DNA from: Erysipelotrichaceae bacterium MTC7
Lineage (GTDB): Bacteria > Bacillota_I > Bacilli_A > Erysipelotrichales > Erysipelotrichaceae
NCBI GenBank assembly: GCA_001695645.1
Contig: LVZN01000006.1
Span: forward strand, 30,001-62,000
Length of the DNA stretch: 32,000 nucleotides
Direction of reading: 5' to 3'
Shown piece by piece: positions 1-9,079 of this stretch. The notes beneath the pieces were generated by a model, which saw only the letters and a program-made list of their open reading frames with translations, was not told where the DNA came from and did no database searches. The first letter of the stretch is position 1. The number at the start of each line of letters is the position of its first letter. A program made the position numbers and the translations under genes.

Positions 1-788
1 AAGTAGTTATGTGGTTTTGCAGTAGCTAATCCTTTATTTGCATCACGTAAATACTCTTTTGCTAGTGTATCTAAATCGTATTCCAAATGTCCTAAGATAA
101 AGAAATTCTTTTGATCTTTACTCATTAAAATGTTTGATCCTAATTCTGGAATTTTTGATAGCACGCGTAGTTTGTCATGATTGGAAACTTGCTTTTCGTT
201 GATCCCTGTATAACGCGATTGTGGACAGTCAAAGATTTCATCAAAGCCACCAACCACAAAGTGCTTGCCAACAAGCTCTTGTCGGTAAATTCCAAACAGT
301 TTTTGCTTGTAGTCAACCTTTTCAATCCCATAGTGATAATACAACCCAGCTTGCGCACCCCAACAAATATGCAAGGTACTTGTGACATGATGCTTTGACC
401 ACGCCATCACGTTACACAGTTCTTCCCAGTAATCCACTTGTTCAAAAGCAAACTGTTCAACCGGAGCTCCCGTAATAATTAAGGCATCATATGCACGATC
501 TTTTACATCCTCAAAGCTTAAGTAGTACTTATGCAAATGAGAAATATCAGTATTTTTTGAAATATGCGAATCCATGCGTAAGAAATCAACATCAATTTGT
601 AGTGGTGTCTTACTAATCAAACGCAACAATTGGATTTCTGTTTCAACTTTTTTAGGCATTAGATTTACAATCAGTAATTTAAGTGGACGAATGTCTTGTG
701 ACATGGCACGTTCATTGGATAAAGCGAAGATACTTTCCTGATCCAATGCTTTTTTGGCAGGAAAATCATTTTGTACGTTAATTGGCAA
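1..788 (-). CDS. metA: homoserine O-acyltransferase, MetA family (3' end runs off the window)
   Basis: Absent from the ORF track (open-ended, TTG start). I checked the minus-strand frame codon by codon from 788 down to 3 and found no stop. The translation starts (TTG)PINVQNDFPAKKALDQE, resembling the MPI... start I recall for this family. It contains LIITGAPVE and HICWGAQAGLYYHYG, the conserved MetA active-site Cys block. A GGAG lies 7 nt upstream of the TTG at 786-788, and the start is 2 nt after the metY stop. Confidence 0.85.
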   Translation of the reverse strand, partial: MPINVQNDFPAKKALDQESIFALSNERAMSQDIRPLKLLIVNLMPKKVETEIQLLRLISKTPLQIDVDFLRMDSHISKNTDISHLHKYYLSFEDVKDRAYDALIITGAPVEQFAFEQVDYWEELCNVMAWSKHHVTSTLHICWGAQAGLYYHYGIEKVDYKQKLFGIYRQELVGKHFVVGGFDEIFDCPQSRYTGINEKQVSNHDKLRVLSKIPELGSNILMSKDQKNFFILGHLEYDLDTLAKEYLRDANKGLATAKPHNY

Positions 789-790
789 AA

Positions 791-2062
791 CTAAGCTCCA
801 ACATGTGCTAGTGCTTGTTCAAGATCAGCAATAATATCATCCGCATTTTCAAGTCCAACAGAAATACGAACTAGATTTGCCGGAATATTTGCTGCTTCAA
901 GTTCTTCATCGCTTAGTTGACGATGTGTTGCACTTGCTGGATGCAAGGCACAAGTTGCACTATCCGCTACATGCACTTCCATTTTGATCAGTTTTAAGTT
1001 ATCCAATAAACGAGCTGCGTCTTCACGATCTCCTTTTAAGGTAATCGAAAGCACTCCACTGCAACCTTTCGGTAAGTATTTTTGTTGTAAATCATAGTAT
1101 GCATTTGATGGCAATCCTGGGTAATTCACTGTTTCAATTTTATCGTGTTGTTCCAACCAAGTGGCAACCTTTAATGCATTTTCATAGTGTCGATCCATAC
1201 GTAGATGTAAGGTATCCATCCCTAAGTTTAGGTAAAACGAGTTTTGTGGTGAAGGTGTACAACCTAAATCACGCATCAACTGTGCAAGTGCTTTGGTAAT
1301 GTAAGCTTGTTTACCAAATGCCTTCGTGTAACTTAAACCGTGGTAGGAAGGATCTGGCTCACTAATTTGTGGGAACTTTCCATTATCCCAGTTAAAGCTT
1401 CCCCCATCAACGATACATCCACCTACAGCAACTGCGTGTCCATCAAGGTATTTTGTTGTGGAGTGCGTCACAATATCCGCACCTAGTTTCAACGGGTTAC
1501 AGAAGTATGGTGTTGGGAATGTGTTATCGACAATTAGCGGAACCTCATGATCATGTGCAAGAGTACTAAACTTTTCAAAATCCAAAACACTTAACTGTGG
1601 ATTTGCTAGCGTTTCAGCAAACACCACTTTGGTGTTATCACGCAAGTGTTTCTTTAATTCTGCTAAAGGTAAATCTTGGTCAACAAACGTTACTTCAATT
1701 CCCATCTTTTTAAGTGTATGAGCAAATAAGTTATACGTTCCTCCATAGATGTTACTACTTGAAAGAATGTGATCACCACTATGTGCGAGATTTAAAATCG
1801 CAATAAAACTTGCTGCTTGTCCACTACTTGTACATAATGCACCAACTCCACCTTCAAGCTGGGCAATGCGCTTTTCAACTGCTGCAGTGGTTGGATTGGC
1901 CAGTCTTGTATAGAAAAACCCTGGTACTTTCAAATCAAATAAATCACCAACATATTCTGTTGAGTTGTATTCAAATGTTGTACTTTGTGCAATTGGTAAA
2001 ACTCTTGGTTCACCGTTTTTTGCTTCATATCCGCTGTGTAATATTTTTGTTTCTACTTTCAT
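791..2062 (-). CDS. metY: O-acetylhomoserine sulfhydrylase (PLP-dependent, Cys/Met metabolism family)
   Basis: The ORF 791..2140 is trimmed to the ATG at 2062 (MKVETKILHSGYEAKNGEPR...), which is preceded by AAGGGGGA. It carries the family pattern SGQAA, the PLP-lysine context HSTTKYLDGH, and a C-terminal RISVGLE. The track's N-terminal extension reads through the T-box terminator. Confidence 0.9.
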   Translation of the reverse strand: MKVETKILHSGYEAKNGEPRVLPIAQSTTFEYNSTEYVGDLFDLKVPGFFYTRLANPTTAAVEKRIAQLEGGVGALCTSSGQAASFIAILNLAHSGDHILSSSNIYGGTYNLFAHTLKKMGIEVTFVDQDLPLAELKKHLRDNTKVVFAETLANPQLSVLDFEKFSTLAHDHEVPLIVDNTFPTPYFCNPLKLGADIVTHSTTKYLDGHAVAVGGCIVDGGSFNWDNGKFPQISEPDPSYHGLSYTKAFGKQAYITKALAQLMRDLGCTPSPQNSFYLNLGMDTLHLRMDRHYENALKVATWLEQHDKIETVNYPGLPSNAYYDLQQKYLPKGCSGVLSITLKGDREDAARLLDNLKLIKMEVHVADSATCALHPASATHRQLSDEELEAANIPANLVRISVGLENADDIIADLEQALAHVGA

Positions 2063-2083
2063 CTGTATGTCCCCCTTGTAAAC

Positions 2084-2330
2084 AAAAAAATCTTCCATCC
2101 ATAGGACGAAAGATTCGTGGTACCACCTATATTCGTACAACTCTCACAAGCTGTACCTCTTCATGTTCTAACAAACACTATCGCTTTAACGGGCGAACCC
2201 GATATACATTCACTTACGCTCATGTATACAACTCCAAGACCATCTTCACTAGCTTTGCCTTTGTTCCTTTTCACCAAGCGGAACTCTCTAAGAAAGGTAT
2301 GTCTAGGTACTCTTCTTTTCATCGTTTTTG
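2084..2330 (-). promoter_or_regulatory. T-box leader, probable Met (AUG) specifier, with intrinsic terminator
   Basis: Minus-strand elements: GAUGAAAAGAAGAGUA (K-turn/AGUA element, plus 2308-2323); AGAGAG box (plus 2284-2289); GGUGAAA distal loop; CCGUUA F-box-like element; T-box sequence GGUGGUACCACG (plus 2116-2127). These are followed by a hairpin and a U7 tract (plus 2084-2090) just upstream of the metY RBS. My hand fold places GAAG-AUG-G (AUG = plus 2241-2243) on the 3' side of the specifier loop. Confidence 0.8.
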
Positions 2331-2338
2331 TTTTTTAC

Positions 2339-2366
2339 ATTGTAACATATCATCTATGTCTGTCAA
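2339..2366 (-). promoter_or_regulatory. sigma-A type promoter for the T-box/metY-metA unit
   Basis: Minus strand reads TTGACA (2366-2361), a 16-nt spacer ending in TG, then TACAAT (2344-2339), i.e. an extended -10 TGtTACAAT. Confidence 0.55.
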
Positions 2367-2399
2367 TCAATAATTTATTTTTCTATATGCAAATATTTT

Positions 2400-3857
2400 C
2401 TATTTCACTTGCGCAAGTGCGCTCTCATTAATCCAAACGGATACAGAACCATCTTTTACTGGAAAGTCGGCTCGCCCATCTTCTTCAATGATGAGTCGTT
2501 CATCGCAATTTCCTAGACAATCGACAAAGGTATGACCGGCCTGCATGGCACCAACACTCATGCGTTTGCTACCACCTTTGGCATTGGTTAACACAATGGC
2601 AACTCCTGAATTTTCATAACTTGGATCACCGTGACGCGTAAAGCCAACAATATCGGGATCATCAAAGTAATCCATTTGTGAACCATATGCTAAACATTCA
2701 CGGACTTTCATCAAAATGCGCATATCCTCTTTAATCGTTCCGGTTTGCACATCGAATACATCGGTGTAAAACACGCATGGAATTCCGGTATCACGTAAAA
2801 GAATCAAACTATAGGCTTGTAGTTTGAACCAATCTTCCACCCAGGATTGTAGGCTTTGTCCTTCTTGTGTATCATGGTTATCCACAAAAGTAACTGCCCA
2901 ATCTTGCCTTGATGTCAGCAGGGTATGATCAAAAATCGTACGCATATCATAGCTTCCGTTGGAACTGCTTGCATGAAATAAATTGAAGTGTAAAGGTACA
3001 TCAAACAAGTGCATCATACCGCCACAGGAATCCAAATAGTTTTCCAATCGTTCCACTTCACCATTCCAGTATTCACCAACCGCAAACAATTCACGACCTG
3101 CTTCTTCATTACGCTTTTTCAACCAGTCAATAAAGAATGAAAAACGAATATGTTTGACAGCATCAATACGAAAGCCATCCACATGGCTTTGATGCAAATA
3201 CCAACGACCCCATAGATCCAGTTGTTCCACCGTTTCTTGATAGTCCATATCCAAATCGGCACCCATTAAATAATCATAGTTTCCATTCTCATGGTCAACC
3301 GCACTTTCCCAGTGTTTACCTTCAAATCCCCAAATGGCATTTTCACCCGTGTTTTCATCGTGATTGACACCCTTAAAATTCTTCCAAGTCCATGTGTAAT
3401 CACTATAGGCTTGATGTCGATTAGGAAAGGTAAATTTTGTCCATGCAGCTATTTTTTCTGGTTCTCCAATCACTTCATTTCGATCGTTATCTTTAAAGCG
3501 AATAGCTTCAACTTCTTCAGTTTCATCTGCTCCTAAAAAGTGATCAAAAACGATATCTGCGTAGACATCCACGCCATGATAGTGCAAAGCATCAATCAAA
3601 TCGTGATACTCTTGCTTGGTACCGTATTTGGTTGGCACACTTCCTTTTTGATCAAACTCTCCGAGGTCATATAAATCATAAGTTCCATAACCTACATCAT
3701 GAATACCCTGTGCACCTTTATAGGCTGGCGGTAACCATACGGCAGTGATTCCTGCATCTTTAATCGCTCCAGATCGCTCTTTTACATAACGCCAATGACT
3801 TGCATTTGGTTCTAAATACCATTCAAATCCTTGTAGTATCGTTTTATTTTTGTTCAT
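2400..3857 (-). CDS. alpha-amylase, GH13 (no signal peptide, so probably cytoplasmic)
   Basis: Start is set at MNKNKTILQGFEWYLEP, with AGAGGG 5 nt upstream. GH13 conserved regions are present: DIVFDH, GFRIDAVKH, EYW and FVDNHD. The protein begins directly with the catalytic domain. Confidence 0.9.
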   Translation of the reverse strand: MNKNKTILQGFEWYLEPNASHWRYVKERSGAIKDAGITAVWLPPAYKGAQGIHDVGYGTYDLYDLGEFDQKGSVPTKYGTKQEYHDLIDALHYHGVDVYADIVFDHFLGADETEEVEAIRFKDNDRNEVIGEPEKIAAWTKFTFPNRHQAYSDYTWTWKNFKGVNHDENTGENAIWGFEGKHWESAVDHENGNYDYLMGADLDMDYQETVEQLDLWGRWYLHQSHVDGFRIDAVKHIRFSFFIDWLKKRNEEAGRELFAVGEYWNGEVERLENYLDSCGGMMHLFDVPLHFNLFHASSSNGSYDMRTIFDHTLLTSRQDWAVTFVDNHDTQEGQSLQSWVEDWFKLQAYSLILLRDTGIPCVFYTDVFDVQTGTIKEDMRILMKVRECLAYGSQMDYFDDPDIVGFTRHGDPSYENSGVAIVLTNAKGGSKRMSVGAMQAGHTFVDCLGNCDERLIIEEDGRADFPVKDGSVSVWINESALAQVK

Positions 3858-3927
3858 ATACCCTCTATTTCTTCTATACATTATACCTTGATTTTCATCG
3901 TTTTTGGTACTCTAATGCTACATCACT

Positions 3928-3954
3928 AAAAAAAACACATTCCTAGGAACATGT
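3928..3954 (-). terminator. intrinsic terminator after the B12-regulated two-gene unit
   Basis: On the minus strand, ACAUGUUCC / GGAAUGUGU arms (two G-U pairs) are followed by U8. The structure starts 2 nt after the stop at 3956-3958. Confidence 0.6.
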
Positions 3955-3955
3955 T

Positions 3956-4456
3956 TTACAGTTTATACGTACTTGCAAGTTTGGCAAGCACTTGATTTAC
4001 CTTATTAAATAATACAAGCATCAATAGGAAATTGGCAATCCCATGAATCAAATCATAAGGAATTCCACGAAGGTAATAGGCAACCCCTGTTTGTATCGAC
4101 ATTAGAAAGTAAGGAATTGCAAACAACAAGCCAAAACTTAAACCAAATAGTCCAGAAAAACATGCACATGGGATGTCTGATTTCAAAATTGGTCGAAGTA
4201 CATACACCACGCAAACAAGCAGTGTCCACACAATAAAATACATCGGTGTCCATGTCCCTACGCCATACAAGATGGTTTGGATAAAACTGAATAACACCGA
4301 AATCCAAATACAACCTGCTAAACGAAAATGTAAAGCAAAGATAATCAAAAGAAAACTCACCAATTCCACATTAGGTAAAAAGGCAAGCATTTCCTTTGAA
4401 ACAACAAGCAAGGCTGCACACATCGTATAGATCAGTGTAGCTCTTAAGTCCTTCAT
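3956..4456 (-). CDS. polytopic membrane protein, ECF S-component-like (candidate corrinoid transporter component)
   Basis: About 5-6 hydrophobic helices in roughly 166 aa. Start chosen at MKDLRATLIY (ATG 4456), 1 nt after the upstream stop; the alternative start at 4501 has no RBS. The product call relies on size, topology and placement behind a cobalamin riboswitch, not on a recognised motif. Confidence 0.45.
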   Translation of the reverse strand: MKDLRATLIYTMCAALLVVSKEMLAFLPNVELVSFLLIIFALHFRLAGCIWISVLFSFIQTILYGVGTWTPMYFIVWTLLVCVVYVLRPILKSDIPCACFSGLFGLSFGLLFAIPYFLMSIQTGVAYYLRGIPYDLIHGIANFLLMLVLFNKVNQVLAKLASTYKL

Positions 4457-4457
4457 C

Positions 4458-4892
4458 CTATTGGGCAAACGATACAAGGGTAAAAACAAATGTATCTTCA
4501 TTAGCGATTTTTAAATCATCTGCGCCCGGGCAAAAGTCAGCTTCTGTACATTGTTTGTTTGTATCTGAAGTAAATGTCCAAAACTTGTTTTTCGCTTTAT
4601 CTTCTTTGTAGAGTTTATCTTTTCCCATACCGGTAATATACATCCCGTATTCACTATTTTCATAGTTCAACTTAATATCTTTATCTTCTTTCATTTCTTT
4701 TAGTAGATCGGCAAGCGTTCCTGCATTAGTGTCCACAGTTTCATCAAAGACTTTTTTATCATCCACCATGATAATGACTTCAATTGCCTTATCATTCTTG
4801 TCTTGGTTTAACTGGCGGAAACCATACACGCCACCCACCACAGCAATCAATAGTACCACTGCTGCAATAATCAATTTTGTTTTTTTATTCAT
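4458..4892 (-). CDS. membrane-anchored DUF4430 (transcobalamin-like beta-domain) protein, candidate B12-binding protein
   Basis: N-terminal anchor KLIIAAVVLLIAVVGGVYGF. The soluble domain resembles DUF4430 (VDTNAGTLADLL, YGMYITGMG, KFWTFTSD, ends NEDTFVFTL). It is the first gene after the cobalamin riboswitch, with a GGAAAGAGAGAG RBS. Confidence 0.6.
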   Translation of the reverse strand: MNKKTKLIIAAVVLLIAVVGGVYGFRQLNQDKNDKAIEVIIMVDDKKVFDETVDTNAGTLADLLKEMKEDKDIKLNYENSEYGMYITGMGKDKLYKEDKAKNKFWTFTSDTNKQCTEADFCPGADDLKIANEDTFVFTLVSFAQ

Positions 4893-4929
4893 CCATCTCT
4901 CTCTTTCCTTGTTTCAACCCTAGAAAACA

Positions 4930-5100
4930 AACATAAACTTGTGCAAGTGGCAGGTCTTCTGACTTCATTTCAACATGTACATCCCTTCCCATAGAAACTA
5001 CAGTGGTTATGATATACACTCCATATTACAGCTGCTAGGACAGTTGTAGATTCTCACTACATTCCCTATTATCCACCTTTATGATGGCACCAACGCACGC
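4930..5100 (-). promoter_or_regulatory. cobalamin (AdoCbl-type) riboswitch
   Basis: Minus strand reads GGUGCC...AAUAGGGAA...GUGAGAAUCU...ACUGUCCUAGCAGCUGUAA...CCACUGUAG...GGGAAGGG. The B12 box AGUCAGAAGACCUGCC lies at plus 4949-4964. I could not resolve the expression platform; only weak AU-rich hairpins lie before the RBS. Confidence 0.88.
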
Positions 5101-5115
5101 AAATTGACAGTCTTT

Positions 5116-5124
5116 ATTATAGCA
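5116..5124 (-). promoter_or_regulatory. extended -10 promoter for the riboswitch unit
   Basis: Minus strand TGcTATAAT about 20 nt upstream of the riboswitch core. The -35 element is poor. Confidence 0.4.
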
Positions 5125-5136
5125 TGCACAAAGCAA

Positions 5137-5172
5137 ATGAAAAGGCCCAGTTACCAAACACCAGACCTTTTT
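5137..5172 (-). terminator. probable intrinsic terminator after metH
   Basis: Minus strand AAAGGUCUGG / CUGGGCCUUU arms (several G-U pairs) with a 10-nt loop, followed by UUUUCAUUU. It starts 5 nt after the metH stop. Confidence 0.5.
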
Positions 5173-5176
5173 ATAC

Positions 5177-7555
5177 TTACTTTATGATTTCTTGGACAAT
5201 TTTAACAGTTGCCATGGCATCTTCACCATAATAATCTGCCCCGATTTCATCTGCGATTTCTTGGCTTAATACGGCACCACCAACCATGATGGGTGGGACA
5301 TTATCGTATTGATGAAGAGCTTCAATTGTCTTCTTCATCGATACCACTGTCGTCGTCATCAGCGCTGATAAACCAATCGCTTTTGGCTTGTATTGTAAGA
5401 AGGCATCAACCACAGTTTGCACCGGTACATTTTTACCTAAATCAATCACTTCATAGCCATAGGATTCAAGTACAACTTTCACAATGTTCTTACCAATGTC
5501 ATGAATATCCCCTTCAACAGTTGCCATGACAATCGGCCCTTGTTTACTTTTTGCTTCACCTTGCATCTTGCTTTGTAGTACTTCAAAGGCAAGTTTTGTG
5601 GTCTCCGCAGATTGAATCAGCTGTGGCAAAAAGATGATTCCTTTTTCATAATCTTCACCAACTTGGTTTAATGCTGGAATCACCACTTCTTGCACAATGT
5701 CCAACGGTTCTTTGGTTTGTAATTCTACTTCTGTCAAAGTTTTGACTTCGTCTTTTAAGCCACGCATGATGCACGAATACAAATTTAAAGCATCCATGTT
5801 TGTTGCCATCTTTCCTTTTGTCGTGGTGATGGTTTTTTCTACAGTAACATTTGCTTGGCGTTCAATGTATGCCACACTTTCTTTATCTTGGTACGTGATC
5901 ACATTGAAGGCATCAATGGTTGACATCAATTCAAAATCCAATGGATTGATGATTGGCAAATCAAGACCTGCTTGCATCGCCATCGTTAAAAACGTGCGAT
6001 TTAATAGAGGACGATTGGGTAACCCAAACGACACGTTACTTACTCCTAGTACGGTATGATGCCCAAGTGCTTTCATTTGGCGTACAGCTTCTAGGGTTTC
6101 TTGCACTTCTTTTTGTTGGGCGCTAGCAGTCAAAGTTAAACAATCGATGATGACATCTTTTGGATGAATCCCGTAGGTTTTAGCTTCTTGAATCATGGTT
6201 TTTGCAAGGTCTACACGTTCACTAGCCAATAATGGAATTTGATCCGCTAAGGTTAATCCAATCACAACCCCACCATACTTCTTGGCAATTGGTAAAATCG
6301 CTTTCATGACCGATGGTTTTGCATTGATGGAATTAATGAGTGGTCGCCCATTATAATAGCGACATGCTTGTTCAAGCGCTTCAGGCGAAGAACTATCAAT
6401 TTGCAAAGGGACATTCATAACTTCTTGTAACATTTTTACAACTTTTACCATCACCTTTGCTTCATCAAGACCAGGAACACCAACATTAACATCAAGTACA
6501 TCTGCACCTGCTTCTTGTTGACGAATGGCTTCACGAATCACTTCTTCAAAGCTTCCCTCAAGCAACGCTTGTTTTAGTTTCTTCTTTCCAGTTGGATTTA
6601 AACGTTCTCCGCAAATCACGACTTGTCCATCAAAGGTTACGGTTTTACTACCACTTGATACTCTTGTTTTCTTCACAGCTGGTGTAAAGTGAATTCCTTG
6701 TTGACTTGCATTTGTTGCCTCTTTGATAAATTCTGGTGTCGTACCACAACAGCCACCAATGATGCTTACCCCCATTTGGATAAACTGCTTGGCGTACATA
6801 GCATACTCTTCACTGGTTAAGTGATAATGCGTTTCTCCATGTTCCAAACAAGGCAAACCAGCATTGGGTTGTACAATCATGGGAATCCGTGCAACATCAA
6901 GGATTTCCTTAACAATGGGCATCAATTCTTTTGGGCCAAGCGAGCAGTTGACACCAAGTACGTCAGCACCTAATCCTTCTACCACATTCACAAACGTTAA
7001 TGGATCTGTTCCAGTTAAAGAACGTCCATTTTCTTCAAACGTCATCGAGACGATAATCGGTAAATCACAGTTTTCTTTAATCGCTAGAATTGCTGCTTTC
7101 ACTTCATAAATATCTGTCATGGTTTCGACAATGAATGCGTCAACTTCATCTTTTGCTAGTTCAACTTGTGCTTTGAATTGTTGATAGGCTCCATCAAAGG
7201 ATAAGGTTCCCATTGGTTCAAGCAATTGTCCAATCGGTCCCATGTCATAGGCGATGTATACTTCACGGTTCACTTGTGCTTTTGCCACTTTGGCATTGGC
7301 AATACCATGTTGAATCAAATCTTTTAATGCATATGAGCTGTCTGCCATTTTGTAAGGTGAACAGCCAAAGGTATTTGTCGTGATAAAATCAGCACCAGCA
7401 TCCAAGTAAGACGTATGAATTTTGACCATATCTGCTTTTCGTGTGATGTTATATTCTTCTGGAATATCCCCTGCTTGCAAACCAATATTTTGCAATTGCG
7501 TTCCCATGGCTCCATCAAAAACCAGAACTTGTTTTCCTAATTTTTCTTGTAACAT
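5177..7555 (-). CDS. metH: B12-dependent methionine synthase, short form (Hcy-binding, pterin-binding and B12-binding domains; no activation domain)
   Basis: The N-terminus VFDGAMGTQL and the GGCCGTTPE motif mark the homocysteine S-methyltransferase domain. The middle matches a pterin-binding domain. The C-terminal B12-binding motif GDIHDIGKNIV is followed by SALMTTT. At 792 aa it ends right after the B12 domain. AAGGGGGA lies 4 nt upstream of the ATG. Confidence 0.93.
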   Translation of the reverse strand: MLQEKLGKQVLVFDGAMGTQLQNIGLQAGDIPEEYNITRKADMVKIHTSYLDAGADFITTNTFGCSPYKMADSSYALKDLIQHGIANAKVAKAQVNREVYIAYDMGPIGQLLEPMGTLSFDGAYQQFKAQVELAKDEVDAFIVETMTDIYEVKAAILAIKENCDLPIIVSMTFEENGRSLTGTDPLTFVNVVEGLGADVLGVNCSLGPKELMPIVKEILDVARIPMIVQPNAGLPCLEHGETHYHLTSEEYAMYAKQFIQMGVSIIGGCCGTTPEFIKEATNASQQGIHFTPAVKKTRVSSGSKTVTFDGQVVICGERLNPTGKKKLKQALLEGSFEEVIREAIRQQEAGADVLDVNVGVPGLDEAKVMVKVVKMLQEVMNVPLQIDSSSPEALEQACRYYNGRPLINSINAKPSVMKAILPIAKKYGGVVIGLTLADQIPLLASERVDLAKTMIQEAKTYGIHPKDVIIDCLTLTASAQQKEVQETLEAVRQMKALGHHTVLGVSNVSFGLPNRPLLNRTFLTMAMQAGLDLPIINPLDFELMSTIDAFNVITYQDKESVAYIERQANVTVEKTITTTKGKMATNMDALNLYSCIMRGLKDEVKTLTEVELQTKEPLDIVQEVVIPALNQVGEDYEKGIIFLPQLIQSAETTKLAFEVLQSKMQGEAKSKQGPIVMATVEGDIHDIGKNIVKVVLESYGYEVIDLGKNVPVQTVVDAFLQYKPKAIGLSALMTTTVVSMKKTIEALHQYDNVPPIMVGGAVLSQEIADEIGADYYGEDAMATVKIVQEIIK

Positions 7556-8169
7556 GTTGTCCCCCTTTTTAAAAATCCACAGTGTGGTTTTTGCTTACAC
7601 CTTCCACAAGACTTCTCTTGCTTATCCATTTGTAAGCCCACAAAACCAGTCATCGATTTCATTGGCACAAAAAGCGAGGAAGCATCGAGTGATAATCCTA
7701 ACTTTTTATGTAAGTTCATCAATTTATAAATATCTTGATTGAGAGCTAAAGGTATATCCCCGTAGCCTGGGGCATAGCGATAGCTATGGTGCACGCCAAA
7801 CACTTCATCCTCATATCTGTTACAACAATACTCCACATAGGCAGAAGCAACTGCATCAAAAACAATGGCTTTTTGCATATCGGTTGCATTGTAATAACGA
7901 ATTCTTTGATCAATTGCCATCCCTAACGTGCATGCAACAATCGCGACTTCCTGACATGTGTCAAGTGCTTGAATAAGATCTTGTGAAGCAATTTCTATGC
8001 CATACTTCTTTAACGTAAACGGTTTTTCTACTTCATTAATCACGTACGTTGCTTTAAAATGTGCAACTTCTTTCACTTCTTCTACACAAGCATCAAGTAA
8101 CTCTAAAAATCCTTCATCAAGTTCTTGATTGGTGTACCCCATATATTTCAGTGCTGTTTCTTTAATCAT
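7537..8169 (-). CDS. stand-alone methionine synthase activation (reactivation) domain protein
   Basis: 210 aa located between metF and short-form metH, overlapping both (8 nt with metF, 19 nt with metH). This arrangement is known from Thermotoga and Clostridia. The N-terminus ALKYMGY...ELLDACVEE and the YRYAPGYGDIPL block fit that family from memory. The tail is Cys-rich: SCGRCKQKPHCGFLKRGTTC. Confidence 0.7.
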   Translation of the reverse strand: MIKETALKYMGYTNQELDEGFLELLDACVEEVKEVAHFKATYVINEVEKPFTLKKYGIEIASQDLIQALDTCQEVAIVACTLGMAIDQRIRYYNATDMQKAIVFDAVASAYVEYCCNRYEDEVFGVHHSYRYAPGYGDIPLALNQDIYKLMNLHKKLGLSLDASSLFVPMKSMTGFVGLQMDKQEKSCGRCKQKPHCGFLKRGTTCYKKN

Positions 8170-9052
8170 AATTGTAAAAATCTTTTAGAATATGCGGAAT
8201 TTGCGCAAAAATGTTTTTGGCAATTTCCGGTTTATTCATCGTATAGATGTGAAGTCCATCCACACCGTTAGCAATCAAATCAATGATTTGATTTACAGCA
8301 TAGCTAATTCCAACCTCTTGCATCGCCTCATCGTTGTAATAATATTTTTCAATTCTTGTTGATAATTCAAAGGGTACAGTACAACCACACATTCTTGTTG
8401 TGCGTAGCAGTTGTTTTGCATTTAAGGCTGGCATGATTCCAGCAAGAATTGGTACATCAATCCCCATCTTTCTTGCTTCACGAACCAAGCGATAGTAGTA
8501 ATTGTTGTCGTAGAAGATTTGGGTAATCACAAACGTTGCCCCAGCATCGACTTTTGCTTTTAATGCTTTTAAATCGTTTTCAAAACAATCTGCTTCTTGA
8601 TGTACTTCTGGATAACACGCACCTGCTAAGCAAAAATCATCAGCGAATTGTTTTTTGATATGCGTAATCAAATCGGTTGCATAAGAAAACTGTTTTGGAC
8701 AAACCACACTGTCATCCAGAGGCATATCACCACGGAGTGCTAAAATATTATCCACATGACTTTCTTTTAAACACGTGCAAAAAGCATCCACATCTTCTTT
8801 TGTGGACACAATACTCGTTAAATGTGCCATCGGTTCAATTCCATATGTATTCTTAATCACATCTGCAATTTCCAAGGTTTTTCCAATGGTTGAACCTCCA
8901 GAACCATACGTTACAGAAATGAAATCAGGATGTAAATCCTTCAAAGCTTCAACGGTATGGTAAATACTTGAAATATCCCCAGTCTTATTCTTTGGTGGGA
9001 ATATTTCAAACGATAATGTCTTCTTTTTCTTTAATATTTGATCAATATGCAT
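8162..9052 (-). CDS. metF: 5,10-methylenetetrahydrofolate reductase
   Basis: Trimmed to MHIDQILKKKKTLSFEIFPPK (ATG 9052), with AGGGGG upstream. Contains FEIFPPK and FISVTYGSGGST, and is about 296 aa. The track's 40-aa extension covers the promoter and terminator region. Confidence 0.88.
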   Translation of the reverse strand: MHIDQILKKKKTLSFEIFPPKNKTGDISSIYHTVEALKDLHPDFISVTYGSGGSTIGKTLEIADVIKNTYGIEPMAHLTSIVSTKEDVDAFCTCLKESHVDNILALRGDMPLDDSVVCPKQFSYATDLITHIKKQFADDFCLAGACYPEVHQEADCFENDLKALKAKVDAGATFVITQIFYDNNYYYRLVREARKMGIDVPILAGIMPALNAKQLLRTTRMCGCTVPFELSTRIEKYYYNDEAMQEVGISYAVNQIIDLIANGVDGLHIYTMNKPEIAKNIFAQIPHILKDFYNYD

Positions 9053-9079
9053 GTCAGGCCCCCTATTACAATTTTGTCT

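Noticed and set aside
140-398. Track ORFs 140..388 (-) and 177..398 (+)
   Set aside because: Both lie inside the metA coding region in the wrong frame or on the wrong strand. The true MetA frame is open across the whole of 3..788 and carries the family motifs.
1810-2431. Plus-strand ORFs 1810..2373 and 2117..2431
   Set aside because: They are antisense to metY and to the T-box leader and promoter. They have no RBS, show odd Leu/Ser/Cys/His-rich composition, and are fully explained by the minus-strand features.
4053-4430. ORFs 4053..4313 (-) and 4173..4430 (+)
   Set aside because: They are embedded in the S-component-like membrane protein gene in alternative frames. The long hydrophobic frame is the coherent one.
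5104-5109. Perfect TTGACA on the plus strand between metH and the riboswitch
   Set aside because: There is no -10 element at a suitable spacing and no plus-strand gene downstream.
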